A stretch of 64,000 nt of DNA, taken from Dehalococcoidia bacterium. Its GTDB lineage: Bacteria > Chloroflexota > Dehalococcoidia > Lucifugimonadales > G963668185. Below, piece by piece: positions 1 to 9,156 of the stretch. The translations under genes were made by a program, and so were the position numbers. Below the pieces are notes generated by a model. That model was not told the origin of the DNA, searched no databases, and worked only from the letters and a program-made list of their open reading frames with translations. The DNA lies in assembly GCA_963668185.1 (NCBI GenBank), contig OY764162.1, forward strand, positions 2,452,754 to 2,516,753, in the 5' to 3' direction. Position 1 is the first letter of the stretch, and every line of letters starts with the position of its first letter.

Positions 1-302
1 GTCTTCTCGAGGGCCTGCACGTCCAGCGGCTCCTCTACTATGCACAGCCGGGTGCGGTCCCGTCCCGGGTCGGCGCACACGGAGCACAACTCTGCCTCGG
101 AGATGTTGAAGCAGTCCCGGCACAGGGCGATGCTCTCCTTGACGGACAGGATCGCCTGCGCCAGCCCACTCGCGTCCTCGGAGGGCGTGCGAATGACGTG
201 GTACGCGAGACGCTGGGCGGTCTTCGGGCCTATGCCGGGGAGCTTGTTGAACTCCTCGATCAGGCGCACCAGCGCGCCTGACATCGGGCGTCTGTTGATC
301 AT
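1..302 (-). CDS. recR: Recombination protein RecR (3' part runs off the window edge)
   Basis: Hand translation of the minus strand from ATG at 302-300 gives MINRRPMSGALVRLIEEFNKLPGIGPKTAQRLAYHVIRTPSEDASGLAQAILSVKESIALCRDCFNISEAELCSVCADPGRD. This shows the HhH motif plus Cys4 zinc finger of RecR. The canonical dnaX-ybaB-recR order is present. The gene is absent from the ORF track because no stop lies inside the window. Confidence 0.85.
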   Translation of the reverse strand, partial: MINRRPMSGALVRLIEEFNKLPGIGPKTAQRLAYHVIRTPSEDASGLAQAILSVKESIALCRDCFNISEAELCSVCADPGRDRTRLCIVEEPLDVQALEK

Positions 303-314
303 GGCCTGGGGCGG

Positions 315-340
315 CCCTTCGACAGGCTCAGGGCGAACGG
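315..340. repeat. REP-C element (CCCTTCGACAGGCTCAGGGCGAACGG)
   Basis: This 26-mer, or close variants, also occurs at 12925-12950, 16842-16867, 32900-32925 and 46855-46880, and in reverse orientation at 38428-38452. Confidence 0.8.
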
Positions 341-406
341 ATTTCGCGAGTCCTGTAGAAGCCCGGCGAGAGCCTCGGCGTCGGTTGTGGACTGGCCGGG
401 CACGGG

Positions 407-712
407 CTACATGAGTCCGGGGATGTTCAGGCCGCCCGTGATCGCGCTCATGCGCTCGGCCGCGGTCTTCTGGGACTTCTCCATGCCCTCGTTGACCGCC
501 GCCATCACGAGATCCTGCAACATCTCGACGTCGTCCGGATCGACGGCGTCGGGGTCTATCGACAGGGACTCCAGCCGGAGCTTGCCGTTCACGACGACCT
601 TGACGACGCCACCGCCGGCCGTGGCCTCGACGGTCCCCTCTTCGAGTTCCTGCTGGAGCTTCACCATGCGCTTTTGAAGCTCCTGGGCCTGCCTCATCAT
701 CTTCCTGTTCAA
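407..712 (-). CDS. ybaB: YbaB/EbfC family nucleoid-associated protein
   Basis: 101 aa. MNRKMMRQAQELQKRM...VKVVVNGKLRLESLSIDPDAVDPDDVEMLQDLVMAAVNEG is typical of YbaB. It has a 4-nt overlap with the dnaX stop and lies between dnaX and recR. Confidence 0.9.
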   Translation of the reverse strand: MNRKMMRQAQELQKRMVKLQQELEEGTVEATAGGGVVKVVVNGKLRLESLSIDPDAVDPDDVEMLQDLVMAAVNEGMEKSQKTAAERMSAITGGLNIPGLM

Positions 713-2358
713 GCGGTGGCCTCCCTCTCTTCAACGATTGTGGCGCCCATGTTGAGCGCCGCCCTTACCAGGTGGCTCTCCTGGGCCACGCCGGAAGCGC
801 CGTTTGGCGAGTCTTCTCCTGCGACGGCCAGCTTCACATCGTACTCCCGGCCCATGACGCTGGCGAGCGCCTGGAGCACCACCTTTCGAGTTGGGGGATC
901 GTTCAACTCTTCCTGCATACGCTCCATGTGGGAGCGGTGATTGAACGTCAGCAGGATCTGGTCTCCCCGCTCTTCCCTTTGGGAGCTGGCCCTGAGCAGC
1001 GCGCCGAGGTTGTATCTCCTGCCCTTGTGCGTGCGCAAGGACTGGAGCAGCGAGTTCCAGCCGCGCTCAAGTTTCTCTGAGTATCCAGTTGACGGCGCTC
1101 CCGCTCCGGCGCCATCGGCAACTCTGGCCGCGGGACGCCCGGCGGGAGTCGCCGACCGGCCGGCGTTCCGGGCAGGGGCCGGGGACTGTCGCGCCGGGGC
1201 CGCCTGCCTTCGCGCCGGCGGAGGCCGCTGCGAGGTCCGCTGGGCCGGCGGCGCGCTCGATGGCTGTGGGGCCGCGGCCGCCGGCTCGGGCGGGAGCGTT
1301 GACTCGACGATCGCAAGCTCGAGCGGCAGCGGCGACGTGGCGTCACGGGCGAGGTCGGCGGCGGCGAACGCGCGCAGCGCCCTGAGCAGGTCGGTCATCG
1401 TTGTGGCGTTCGCCAACTCCTCCAGGCGCTCGGCGGCGCCCTGGGCGAAGCCGGCGTTGCCGAGGTTTCCGGTCTTTGCCAGCAGCACGCCCCTGAAGAA
1501 CGACGTCGCGGCCCTGTGCAACTGCCGGAGATCGGAGCCGCCCCCGGTGAACCGGCCTATCACGCCCATGGCCTCGGTGGGCTTGCCGTGGATTACGTGG
1601 CCGACCAGTTCCAGGGCCTCCTCTTCTCCGCCCAACTCCAGCAGGTCGCGCACGTTCTCGTCCGTGATCTCGTTGCCGTAAGAGACCATGGCCTGCTCAA
1701 GCATGTTGACGGCGTCGCGAAGGCTGCCGCCGGAGGCGCGGGCGATCGTCAGCAGCGCGGCGCCTTCAGTCGAGACGCCCTCGGCGGCGCCGATCTCGGC
1801 GAGGCGGGCGACGGTCTGCTCGATCGGAATGCGGCGGAAGTCGAACCTCTGGCAGCGCGAGACGATTGTCAGCGGGACCCTGTGCGGCTCTGTGGTCGCC
1901 AGGATCAGGACGGCGTGGGAGGGCGGCTCTTCGAGCGTCTTGAGCAGGGCGTTGAAGGCCTCCGTGGTGAGCATGTGGACCTCGTCCACGATATAGACCT
2001 TGAACCGGGCCTCGTTGGGGGCGAAGTTGATCCTGTCCCTCAATATGCGGATGTCGCCGATGCCGCGATTGCTGGCGGCGTCCATCTCGATCAGGTCGAG
2101 CGCGCGGCCCTCGTCCACGGCGGCGCAGAACTCGCAGCTGTTGTCCGGCTCCCCGTCCTCGGGGCCGTGGCAGTTTACGGCCTTGGCCAGGATGCGGGCG
2201 GTGCTCGTCTTGCCGGTGCCGCGCGGGCCGGTGAAGAGGTACGCGTGGGCGACGCGGCCTGTGGAGACGGCCCTGCGCAGGGTCTGCGCGATAGGCTCGT
2301 GGCCGGCGAGCTCGTCCAGACGCCGCGGACGCCACTTTCTGTAAAGCACCTCGGCCAC
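709..2358 (-). CDS. dnaX: DNA polymerase III subunit gamma/tau
   Basis: 549 aa. It has Walker A GPRGTGKTS, the clamp-loader SRC motif (TIVSRCQRF), a Cys cluster NCHGPEDGEPDNSCEFC and a Pro/Ala-rich linker. Confidence 0.92.
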   Translation of the reverse strand: MAEVLYRKWRPRRLDELAGHEPIAQTLRRAVSTGRVAHAYLFTGPRGTGKTSTARILAKAVNCHGPEDGEPDNSCEFCAAVDEGRALDLIEMDAASNRGIGDIRILRDRINFAPNEARFKVYIVDEVHMLTTEAFNALLKTLEEPPSHAVLILATTEPHRVPLTIVSRCQRFDFRRIPIEQTVARLAEIGAAEGVSTEGAALLTIARASGGSLRDAVNMLEQAMVSYGNEITDENVRDLLELGGEEEALELVGHVIHGKPTEAMGVIGRFTGGGSDLRQLHRAATSFFRGVLLAKTGNLGNAGFAQGAAERLEELANATTMTDLLRALRAFAAADLARDATSPLPLELAIVESTLPPEPAAAAPQPSSAPPAQRTSQRPPPARRQAAPARQSPAPARNAGRSATPAGRPAARVADGAGAGAPSTGYSEKLERGWNSLLQSLRTHKGRRYNLGALLRASSQREERGDQILLTFNHRSHMERMQEELNDPPTRKVVLQALASVMGREYDVKLAVAGEDSPNGASGVAQESHLVRAALNMGATIVEEREATA

Positions 2359-2363
2359 GGGGG

Positions 2364-2894
2364 CTAGTCCTCCGACCCCGGTCCGGCCACGCCGAACAGG
2401 CTGCCGAGCGCGGCGCGTTCCCTGGCGCGCATGGCCCGGTCGCGCGCCGGGTCGTCGTGGTCGTAGCCGAGCAAATGCAAGGTTCCGTGCGTCACCAGGT
2501 GCGCGACCTCCTCGGACAGGGGTACCCCGGCCTCCTCGGCCTGCCGGCGGGCCTGTGGGAACGATACTACAACATCGCCCAGGCTTGCCTCCTCGCCGGG
2601 CGGCAGCGCGAAGTCGTCCGATGCCGGCGTCCCCGCGTCCCCGTGCGCCGGATACGAGAACGAAAGCACGTCGGTGGTCTCGTCCCTGCCCCTGTAGGCG
2701 GCGTTAAGCTCGCGCACGGCCTCGTCGCCGGTAATCGTCACGTCAACCGAGGCGCGCCCGTCGAGGCGCTCGCCCCTTGCTGCCCGCCGCGCCGCTTCGG
2801 CGATCGCCTCAGCCGAGACCAGGTCCGCGAACTCTTCGTCTATGTGGACGCTTACGTTGAACTGGGTTGTGGCAGCAGCCATCGCGCCCTCCAA
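2364..2894 (-). CDS. ybeY: rRNA maturation endoribonuclease YbeY
   Basis: 176 aa with the zinc-binding motif HLVTHGTLHLLGYDH. Confidence 0.9.
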   Translation of the reverse strand: MEGAMAAATTQFNVSVHIDEEFADLVSAEAIAEAARRAARGERLDGRASVDVTITGDEAVRELNAAYRGRDETTDVLSFSYPAHGDAGTPASDDFALPPGEEASLGDVVVSFPQARRQAEEAGVPLSEEVAHLVTHGTLHLLGYDHDDPARDRAMRARERAALGSLFGVAGPGSED

Positions 2895-2957
2895 GAGATG
2901 CCGGGCTGCGCTTGAACGCGGCGGGCTTGCGCGCGCGCTGGCTGTTCGACCGCCGGG

Positions 2958-3842
2958 TTACTGGTCTTCCGGCTCTGCCGTCACGCCCAGCGGCGATTGG
3001 AGGTACCGGAACAGTTCGCTGTCTGCCGAGAGCACGAGCGTCGTGCCGGTGCGCAGGGCGTTGGCGTACGCTTCCAGGCTGCGCCGGAAGGCGTAGAACT
3101 CGGGGCCCTGCTCCAGCGCCTCTGCGAAGATCGTGATCGCCTGCCCTTCGCCCTCGCCGCGAACGATGTTCGCGTCCCGCTCCGCCTCCGCCTTGATGAT
3201 CGCCGCCTCGCGGTCCGTCTCGGCCCTGATCTCCAGGTCCCGCTCCGCGCCGGCGGCGCGCTCCGCGTCGGCGATGCGCTTGCGCTCGGCCTTCATGCGC
3301 TCGTAGATGCTGTTGGCGATCTCGGCCGGGAAGTCGATGCGCTTGGTGCGTACGTCCACCACCTGTAGCCCGAACTCCCGCAGCAGCGGCGTCGAGGCCT
3401 GAGTCACGCGGTTCATGATCGTCTCGCGAAGCGTCCGGATGATCTCCGACTGCTCATCCTGGCCGATCTCCTTGCGGAGCTCGGAGGCGATGTTGTCGGT
3501 TGACCGGGTCACCGCTCGCTGGGGCGTGCGGACCGTCTTGTAGAACTCCAGCGGATCGGTGATGCGCACCACGGCGTACGCGTCGATGATCAGGCGCTTC
3601 TTGTCGCTGGTGAGCAGCGAGTCGGGCGGCGCGTCGAACAGCGTGTTGCGCTTGTCGAAGTAGATGACCGTGTCGATGAACGGCGTCTTGGACTTGAGGC
3701 CCGGCGTGTTTATCGTGCGCTGGGGCTCGCCGAAGCGCGTGACGATGGCCGACTGCGTTTCGTCAACCACGAACAGGAACTGCGGGCCGAGTATGCCGGC
3801 GCCTATGACGCAGAGGACGAGGAGGGCGGCGAGTAACTTCAT
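2958..3842 (-). CDS. hflC: SPFH/band-7 protease modulator HflC
   Basis: 294 aa. It has an N-terminal TM segment followed by an SPFH domain (FVVDETQSAIVTRFGEP...TPGLKSKTPFIDTV). It sits directly downstream of hflK with a 3-nt gap. Confidence 0.8.
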   Translation of the reverse strand: MKLLAALLVLCVIGAGILGPQFLFVVDETQSAIVTRFGEPQRTINTPGLKSKTPFIDTVIYFDKRNTLFDAPPDSLLTSDKKRLIIDAYAVVRITDPLEFYKTVRTPQRAVTRSTDNIASELRKEIGQDEQSEIIRTLRETIMNRVTQASTPLLREFGLQVVDVRTKRIDFPAEIANSIYERMKAERKRIADAERAAGAERDLEIRAETDREAAIIKAEAERDANIVRGEGEGQAITIFAEALEQGPEFYAFRRSLEAYANALRTGTTLVLSADSELFRYLQSPLGVTAEPEDQ

Positions 3843-3845
3843 CGG

Positions 3846-4856
3846 CTATGGCCCCGTCACAGAGGAGCCGTCCAGAGGCAGGAACTGGAGCAGGTTGCCT
3901 CCGGTGTCGCCGCTGACTATGTACTTGTCCGTGCTGGCAAGGATGACCTCCACGGCCTCCAGGTAGAGCCTCTGGCGGGTCACCTCTTCCGCCTGCTCGA
4001 ACTCGCGAAGGATCGACAAGAACCTACTGGCTTCACCTGTCGCGATCGCGACGCGTTCCGCCCTGAACGCCTCGGCGGCCTCGATGGTGCGGGCGGCCTC
4101 GCCGCGGGCGCGTGGGAGGATGTCCGCCTTGTAGGCCTCCGCCAGGTTGATGATGCGCTGCTTGTCCTCTTTGGCGCGGACAACGTCGTCGAACGCGTCC
4201 TGCACCTGTGTGGGAGCCTGCACCTGCTGAAGCCTGACCTCCCGTATTCTGATGCCGGTGTCGTAGGCGTCTAGCAGGGACTGCAGGAGGAGCTTGGTCT
4301 CGGCCTGCACCTCTTCCTTCAGCGTGGTGAGCACGTCGTCGATGTTGCGCTGGCCGACCACCTGCCTCAGCGAAGACTCCGTGGCGCTCTTGATGATCGC
4401 GGTGTCCGGGTTCGCGGCCCTGAAGAGGAACTTCTCAATGTCCGCGATGTCGTACTGGACCAGCAACTGGGCGTCAACGAGGTTCTCGTCGCCCGTGATC
4501 ATCAGGGACTCGGCGAGTACGGGCGTGGAGCCTCTCAGGCCGATTTCGAGGCGGCGCACCTCTTCTACGTTGACCTTCGCCCTGGTGCCGATGGGCGCGG
4601 GCCAGTACCAGTGCAGGCCCGGCCCGGCGATCTCGGTGAATGTTCCCAGGCGGCGCAGCGCGGCCTGCTCGCCCGGCTGGATCGTGTAGAAGCCGGTGGC
4701 GAGCCAGCCTATGAGGGCGATGAAGAAGACGGCGAAGACGAACAGGGCGCCGCGGTTGCCGAAGCCGCCTCCGCCGCCCCACAGGCCGCCGAAGAATCCC
4801 CGGATACGGTCCAGGAACTGGTCTAGGTTTACTTCTGGCTCTTCTTGTCGATACAT
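3846..4856 (-). CDS. hflK: SPFH/band-7 protease modulator HflK
   Basis: 336 aa. It has a Gly-rich N-terminus, a TM segment and an SPFH domain (YTIQPGEQAALRRLGTFTEIAGPGLHWYWP), and is paired with hflC. Confidence 0.8.
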   Translation of the reverse strand: MYRQEEPEVNLDQFLDRIRGFFGGLWGGGGGFGNRGALFVFAVFFIALIGWLATGFYTIQPGEQAALRRLGTFTEIAGPGLHWYWPAPIGTRAKVNVEEVRRLEIGLRGSTPVLAESLMITGDENLVDAQLLVQYDIADIEKFLFRAANPDTAIIKSATESSLRQVVGQRNIDDVLTTLKEEVQAETKLLLQSLLDAYDTGIRIREVRLQQVQAPTQVQDAFDDVVRAKEDKQRIINLAEAYKADILPRARGEAARTIEAAEAFRAERVAIATGEASRFLSILREFEQAEEVTRQRLYLEAVEVILASTDKYIVSGDTGGNLLQFLPLDGSSVTGP

Positions 4857-4944
4857 CCGGTCTGCCGGTTCAGTGCTTCTATAGCGTTGGGTTGAATGTT
4901 AACACAGAGTGCGTGTCCAGACGCTCTTTGTCTGCGCGGGGATG

Positions 4945-4980
4945 CCCCATCCTAGCCTTCCCCAGTCTGCTGGGGAAGGG
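4945..4980. repeat. REP-A element (CCCCATCCyrGCCTTCCCCAG-CAGA-CTGGGGAAGGG hairpin)
   Basis: Inverted repeat CCTTCCCCAG/CTGGGGAAGG with a 4-nt loop. The same element occurs at the loci listed below. Confidence 0.85.
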
Positions 4981-5021
4981 ATTTGAGGGCCTGCGCCGGT
5001 ATGACGGTAAGTAGAGCCGGG

Positions 5022-5831
5022 TTAGCTCCACTGCGACGCCTCCCTGGGGAGGGCCATCGTGTGGTGGACGGTGGCGTCCACGATGGTCAGGCCGCCGTCC
5101 ACGAACAGCGTCTGGCCGGTGATGAAAGAGGCGCGGTCCGACGCCAGGAACACGGTGGCCGCGGCGACCTCTTCGACGGCGCCCATGCGTCCGAACATGG
5201 AGGTGGTCTTCTCCCACTCGGCGGCCGCGGCGTCGTCCGGATCGGGGGCGTTGCCCTCGGTCCTGATCCAGCCGGGCGCGACGGCGTTGGCGCGGATGCC
5301 GAGGCTCGCGTACCTTCCGGCCATGCTCTTCGTCAGCCCCTCCAGGCCGGCCTTCATCGCGCCGTACAGCCAGTAGTTGCCGTGCATGGACGCGGTGGAG
5401 GTGATGTTGACGATGCCGCCGCCGGTCCGGCGCATCATGGGGACGGCGTGCTCGGTCACGAGGTACGCGCTGAAGAAGTTGCCGCCCGACATGCCATGCC
5501 ACCGCTCGACGATCCCGCCGTCGGCAGGGACGTTCTGCTTCGCCTCGCCGCCGCCCGCGCAGTTCACGAGCGCGTGCAGCCGGCCGTGCCTGGCGTCCAC
5601 GTTCTCCATCAGCGCCTTCACGGCGTCGGGATCGCTGAGCTCGACGGAGTGGAACTCGGACTTGCCGCCCAGCTCGTCGATCATGCGACGGGTGATATCG
5701 CCCTTGGCCCTGTCGCGGCCCACGAGTATGAGTTCCGCGCCCTCACGGGCGAATTCGAGCGCGATGGCGCGCCCGATGCCGGAGTTTCCGCCGGTTACGA
5801 GAGCGATCTTTCCTTGGAGGTCAAGTTCCAT
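5022..5831 (-). CDS. SDR family oxidoreductase
   Basis: 269 aa with the Rossmann motif TGGNSGIGRAIA and catalytic YxxxK (YGAMK). Confidence 0.85.
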   Translation of the reverse strand: MELDLQGKIALVTGGNSGIGRAIALEFAREGAELILVGRDRAKGDITRRMIDELGGKSEFHSVELSDPDAVKALMENVDARHGRLHALVNCAGGGEAKQNVPADGGIVERWHGMSGGNFFSAYLVTEHAVPMMRRTGGGIVNITSTASMHGNYWLYGAMKAGLEGLTKSMAGRYASLGIRANAVAPGWIRTEGNAPDPDDAAAAEWEKTTSMFGRMGAVEEVAAATVFLASDRASFITGQTLFVDGGLTIVDATVHHTMALPREASQWS

Positions 5832-5863
5832 CGCTGTGTCTCCATCTTGCCATTCCTGCGTCT

Positions 5864-5890
5864 GGATTCCGGCCTTCGCCGGAATGACGG
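5864..5890. repeat. REP-B element (GGATTCCGGCCTTCGCCGGAATGACGG hairpin)
   Basis: Inverted repeat ATTCCGGC/GCCGGAAT with loop CTTC. The family recurs at 11586, 13046, 13121, 13286, 14681, 43723 (reverse), 44231 and 44353. Confidence 0.85.
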
Positions 5891-5912
5891 CTATGCAAAG
5901 GTCTCGATCCGC

Positions 5913-6635
5913 CTAGCGGGGGCGCCTGAACAGGGAGAGGAAGCGCGCCTGGTAGTACTCGAACAGGTTCCAGCGGTCAAGCTCCATCTTGAGCGTTTCC
6001 GGGTTGCCCGCGCCGTGCTCTACCTCACGGAACATCCTCTCGATGCGCTGCACTGCTGCCATCGGCGCGCCGCCGGCCTGCGGCTGCGGGTCCAGGAGGC
6101 CGCGCGACTGGAACTCGGCGGCGTTGCTGGCGGCGGAGCGTGACGTGAACTCGTAGATGAACTTGAGCAGGCAGACGTCCCACAGGCTGTCCGCGCCTCC
6201 GACCATGACGACGGTCATCGACTCCTTCTTCTGCTCCAGGTCCTCGTCGATCTTCTTGGCGATGTCGCCCGGCTCGCCGCCGAGGATGTCCGTCTTCTCG
6301 GCCTGGTTGCGGTACTGGTACAGGATGCCGGGGCTCTGGGGGCCGTAGGTGTCGGCCACGTCCCTGAAGTACTCGTACGCCTCCGAACTGAAGCCTTCCA
6401 GGTTCAGCGCGTAGGTGGGAGTGACCAGCGACGGCTTCTGAGCCAGGACGCGGCCGGAGCGGACGACGCCCTCGGGCCCGTCCCCCATGCCGAGCTCTCG
6501 GTACACCGGCTCGGTGACGACGTAGTATGCGATGTTGGTCTGGCCGAACGTGGCCAAGTGCTGGCTGGGCGCGCGGACGACGCGCGTATGCTCGACGGCC
6601 CTGCGCCAGTCTCGTTCTGGGTCCACTGTGTCCAT
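5913..6635 (-). CDS. hypothetical protein (no family recognised)
   Basis: The ORF track gives 5913..6731. I prefer the ATG at 6635 (MDTVDPERDW...). The 32 upstream codons are low-complexity and overlap the 6723-6848 inverted-repeat region. Third codon positions are G/C-biased. Confidence 0.55.
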   Translation of the reverse strand: MDTVDPERDWRRAVEHTRVVRAPSQHLATFGQTNIAYYVVTEPVYRELGMGDGPEGVVRSGRVLAQKPSLVTPTYALNLEGFSSEAYEYFRDVADTYGPQSPGILYQYRNQAEKTDILGGEPGDIAKKIDEDLEQKKESMTVVMVGGADSLWDVCLLKFIYEFTSRSAASNAAEFQSRGLLDPQPQAGGAPMAAVQRIERMFREVEHGAGNPETLKMELDRWNLFEYYQARFLSLFRRPR

Positions 6636-6722
6636 GAGTTGCCGGGAGCGAGCGCTTCCGGGGCTACCTCCGGTGTGTTCGTGCGCTTGATTATACTGGA
6701 TTGCGGGCCGACGCTCCTGGAC

Positions 6723-6848
6723 GTGTCTCATTTTGTCTCAAATCGTCTCTTTTCGTATCTGGGAGGCTGCGGCGATGAGACGAGGATGAGGCAGTTTCGA
6801 GACGGTTTTGAGGCAGATTCAAGGCGGAATGAGACAAAAGTGAGACAC
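6723..6848. repeat. long-range inverted repeat with a GTCTC/GAGAC motif array
   Basis: The left arm GTGTCTCATTTTGTCTCA (6723-6740) is the reverse complement of the right arm TGAGACAAAAGTGAGACAC (6830-6848) apart from one extra G. The span holds 3 GTCTC motifs followed by 4 GAGAC motifs. Confidence 0.75.
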
Positions 6849-6914
6849 TTTTCGAAGGCGCGTCCGATGCCGGCGCGGCGAGGTCCCGCGAATAGCGGCC
6901 AGCAGTCCGCTCAT

Positions 6915-6962
6915 GGTTCGACAGGCTCACCACGAACGGACTGCATAGGCTCACCACGAACG
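6915..6962. repeat. REP-E element (GGTTCGACAGGCTCACCACGAACGG) plus a partial second copy
   Basis: A related copy lies at 14650-14674. The minus-strand translation gives the common 'SLSNHE' peptide. Confidence 0.7.
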
Positions 6963-7090
6963 AAACGAAACGCGCGGCGGTTGCGGGGCCGGATTCTGCG
7001 TTTGGATCGAGGCCGCTTCTTATGAACATGAGTTCATGGTAGTGCAACTGTTCGGTTATGTCAAGGGGCCGGATGGCGGGCGAGAGGCCC

Positions 7091-7125
7091 TAGATTCCTC
7101 GAGGGACTCGGAATGACAGTTGGCG
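7091..7125. repeat. REP-D element (TTCCTCGrGGGACTCGGAAyGACAGT)
   Basis: Near-identical copies lie at 14601-14636 and 14761-14796. Confidence 0.75.
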
Positions 7126-7132
7126 CGCGCAC

Positions 7133-8860
7133 TCACCGTATCCGCAGCATCAGCTTGTCTCCCGCCCTCCACGGCGAACTTGACACGAACCAGAAGTACA
7201 TCTTGCTTCCGGCGGCCTGCGCCTCGGCCATCGCCGCGGCTATCTCCGCGTGCGCCTCCGCCGATACCCCCGACTCCGCCGTGCTGGTGCCGTTGCCAGC
7301 GGCGGCCCCGCCGATGCCGATCCCGCCCTTGAGGTCCCCCGCGTCGAACGACAGCCTCGCCGCCACCGTGCCGTCTACCTTGATGAACTCGACGTGCTTG
7401 CCGGACAGCGACACGGACGGCGATATCTGCATAGAGACCATGCTGCCGAAAGAGACCACTATCCGGGTGATCGTGGTGGTCGCGCCGCCGACGTTGAACG
7501 ACGCGGGAGAGATCACGCCCGCGCCCCCGCTCGCGCCGACGCCCAGGAACGTGGACGCCGGGTCGAAGAACGCCTCGTGCACCGTGCCGGACGGCGCGGT
7601 GACCGTTACCGTCCACTCGATGTAGTTGGAGTCATCAGCCTTGTAGTTGCAGGGAACATCGGTGTAATGCTGCAAATGACTCTTGACGCTGTAGGTACTG
7701 GCCGGTAGCGGACGCGTGGTGGAAAGCGTTTCAAAGTACCCGTTGGACGGGTCTGAGTCCTCATCGACGATGGGAGCTTGGAAGTAGTCCTTGTCCGGGC
7801 CGGTCACGTAGAATCGATTGTACTTCGGCTCTGAAGGGGTTTTCCGATCTCGGAATACCTCTGTCCCGGTCGCCGAACCAGACGCCAACGTCACCTTGAA
7901 CTGGGGTGGTGCCCACGGATCTGCGCGATTGATCCGCTCCTGCGCAATCTTGTCACGGATGCACTCCCTGTACCCCGCAATGCCCTCCCCTGCCTTCAGC
8001 GTGGCCACCATCTCCGCTATCTTGGCCTTAAGCTTCTCCAGGGTGACTGTGGAGTACGGCGTCTTCGAGCCGTCCTCAATGAACAACACGCTGGACACCC
8101 CCGAAGCACCGCCTTCCGAGCTTCCACTCACCGCATTATCCGCGGGCAGCCACCCGCGGCTTATTCTATCGACGGTGTAGTCCCACCATTCTTCGTAGGG
8201 AGCGCCTGTGTACATCGCAAACGCTGTAGTAGTCGCCGCTCCGGTTGCGTTGGCAGAAGCATACTGAGCTACAAAAGACGACGACCCGTCGAGCGTCCTC
8301 AGGAAAAGCACTCCCTGGCGGTTGTCCCATGTCGTGTTTCTAAGGGACATGGAAAAGTCCGCCGCCTCGCGCGCTTCCGCAACCGTCGCGTACGTGTACT
8401 CACCGCGTGCGACCACCAACGCCTCGGACGGCCCGCTGCCCTTCAGGTACTCGTGTACGGTGAACCGAAGCTCATGCACGGGCCGGTACGTTGCGGTGGC
8501 GCCGCTGCCGACCGTCTCCGTCGTTGATGTCGCCGACTTTAGCGTCGCGCGGGCGATCACGTCCGAATAGAAGATCTGCTCATCCAACGAGGGCGGCACA
8601 TACCATTCTGTGTTCGGGAACGCTTCTTCGGGATACCCATCGCCCTCTACTTCGACCTCAGTTGTTGGCGTCGGAATCGGCGTGCCGTCTGAGGCCGCGC
8701 TGTCGCTTCCGGCCTGATGGACTGGCGTCGGAACGACCGCGCTACTTGAAGCCGCGTCGCCATCCGTGCCACATGCGGACGCAGCGACCAATAGCACACA
8801 GGACACGAACGCCGGCAGCGCGCCGCGCAGCAGCTTTTTGCCATAGCCGGGACAGGTCAT
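7133..8860 (-). CDS. putative lipoprotein, function unknown
   Basis: 575 aa with a signal peptide carrying a lipobox (LLVAASA-C). No catalytic motif was recognised. Confidence 0.6.
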   Translation of the reverse strand: MTCPGYGKKLLRGALPAFVSCVLLVAASACGTDGDAASSSAVVPTPVHQAGSDSAASDGTPIPTPTTEVEVEGDGYPEEAFPNTEWYVPPSLDEQIFYSDVIARATLKSATSTTETVGSGATATYRPVHELRFTVHEYLKGSGPSEALVVARGEYTYATVAEAREAADFSMSLRNTTWDNRQGVLFLRTLDGSSSFVAQYASANATGAATTTAFAMYTGAPYEEWWDYTVDRISRGWLPADNAVSGSSEGGASGVSSVLFIEDGSKTPYSTVTLEKLKAKIAEMVATLKAGEGIAGYRECIRDKIAQERINRADPWAPPQFKVTLASGSATGTEVFRDRKTPSEPKYNRFYVTGPDKDYFQAPIVDEDSDPSNGYFETLSTTRPLPASTYSVKSHLQHYTDVPCNYKADDSNYIEWTVTVTAPSGTVHEAFFDPASTFLGVGASGGAGVISPASFNVGGATTTITRIVVSFGSMVSMQISPSVSLSGKHVEFIKVDGTVAARLSFDAGDLKGGIGIGGAAAGNGTSTAESGVSAEAHAEIAAAMAEAQAAGSKMYFWFVSSSPWRAGDKLMLRIR

Positions 8861-9156
8861 TGCGCTTCTCCTATCTTGTGCGCAGTGTGATCCTTTCTTA
8901 AAGCCAAGCGGGAATCGATGGGTTGCACGGCGTCTTGGTGGGCTCAGGCGTCGCCGTCTTGGTGGGCGTGGACGTAGGCGTGGCGACGGTGAGTCTCATG
9001 TAACGCATACTCCGCATGCTTTCGTGACGACAAGCTGGCTACCATGCCTGTATGGGATGGATTAGGAAACGACGGTTGCCAGAGTATCGGAGTGAATCAA
9101 CCGTCTCAAGCTGCTAGTATCATGGTCGCCAGTTGCGTTGAAATCTAGTTGTCAGG

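Noticed and set aside
1516-2367. Long ORFs antisense to or overlapping recognised genes (for example 1516-2367+, 4983-6143+, 10405-11286-, 36100-37554+, 38398-39057-, 50153-51769-, 57359-58381-)
   Set aside because: These are typical high-GC shadow ORFs. They are Arg/Pro/Ala/Gly-rich with no recognisable motifs, and each lies opposite a gene with strong family signatures.
7022-7037. Small palindrome ATGAAC-ATGA-GTTCAT as an operator or terminator
   Set aside because: The arms are only 6 bp, there is no T-tract, and it occurs once. That is insufficient evidence.
8898-8999. 33-codon minus-strand mini-ORF (MRLTVATPTSTPTKTATPEPTKTPCNPSIPAWL) with GGAG 10 nt upstream, just ahead of the lipoprotein gene; it could be a leader or RiPP-like peptide
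   Set aside because: Its Thr/Pro-rich composition matches the generic linker sequence of secreted proteins in this genome. There are no modification enzymes nearby, and it is too short to support from sequence alone.
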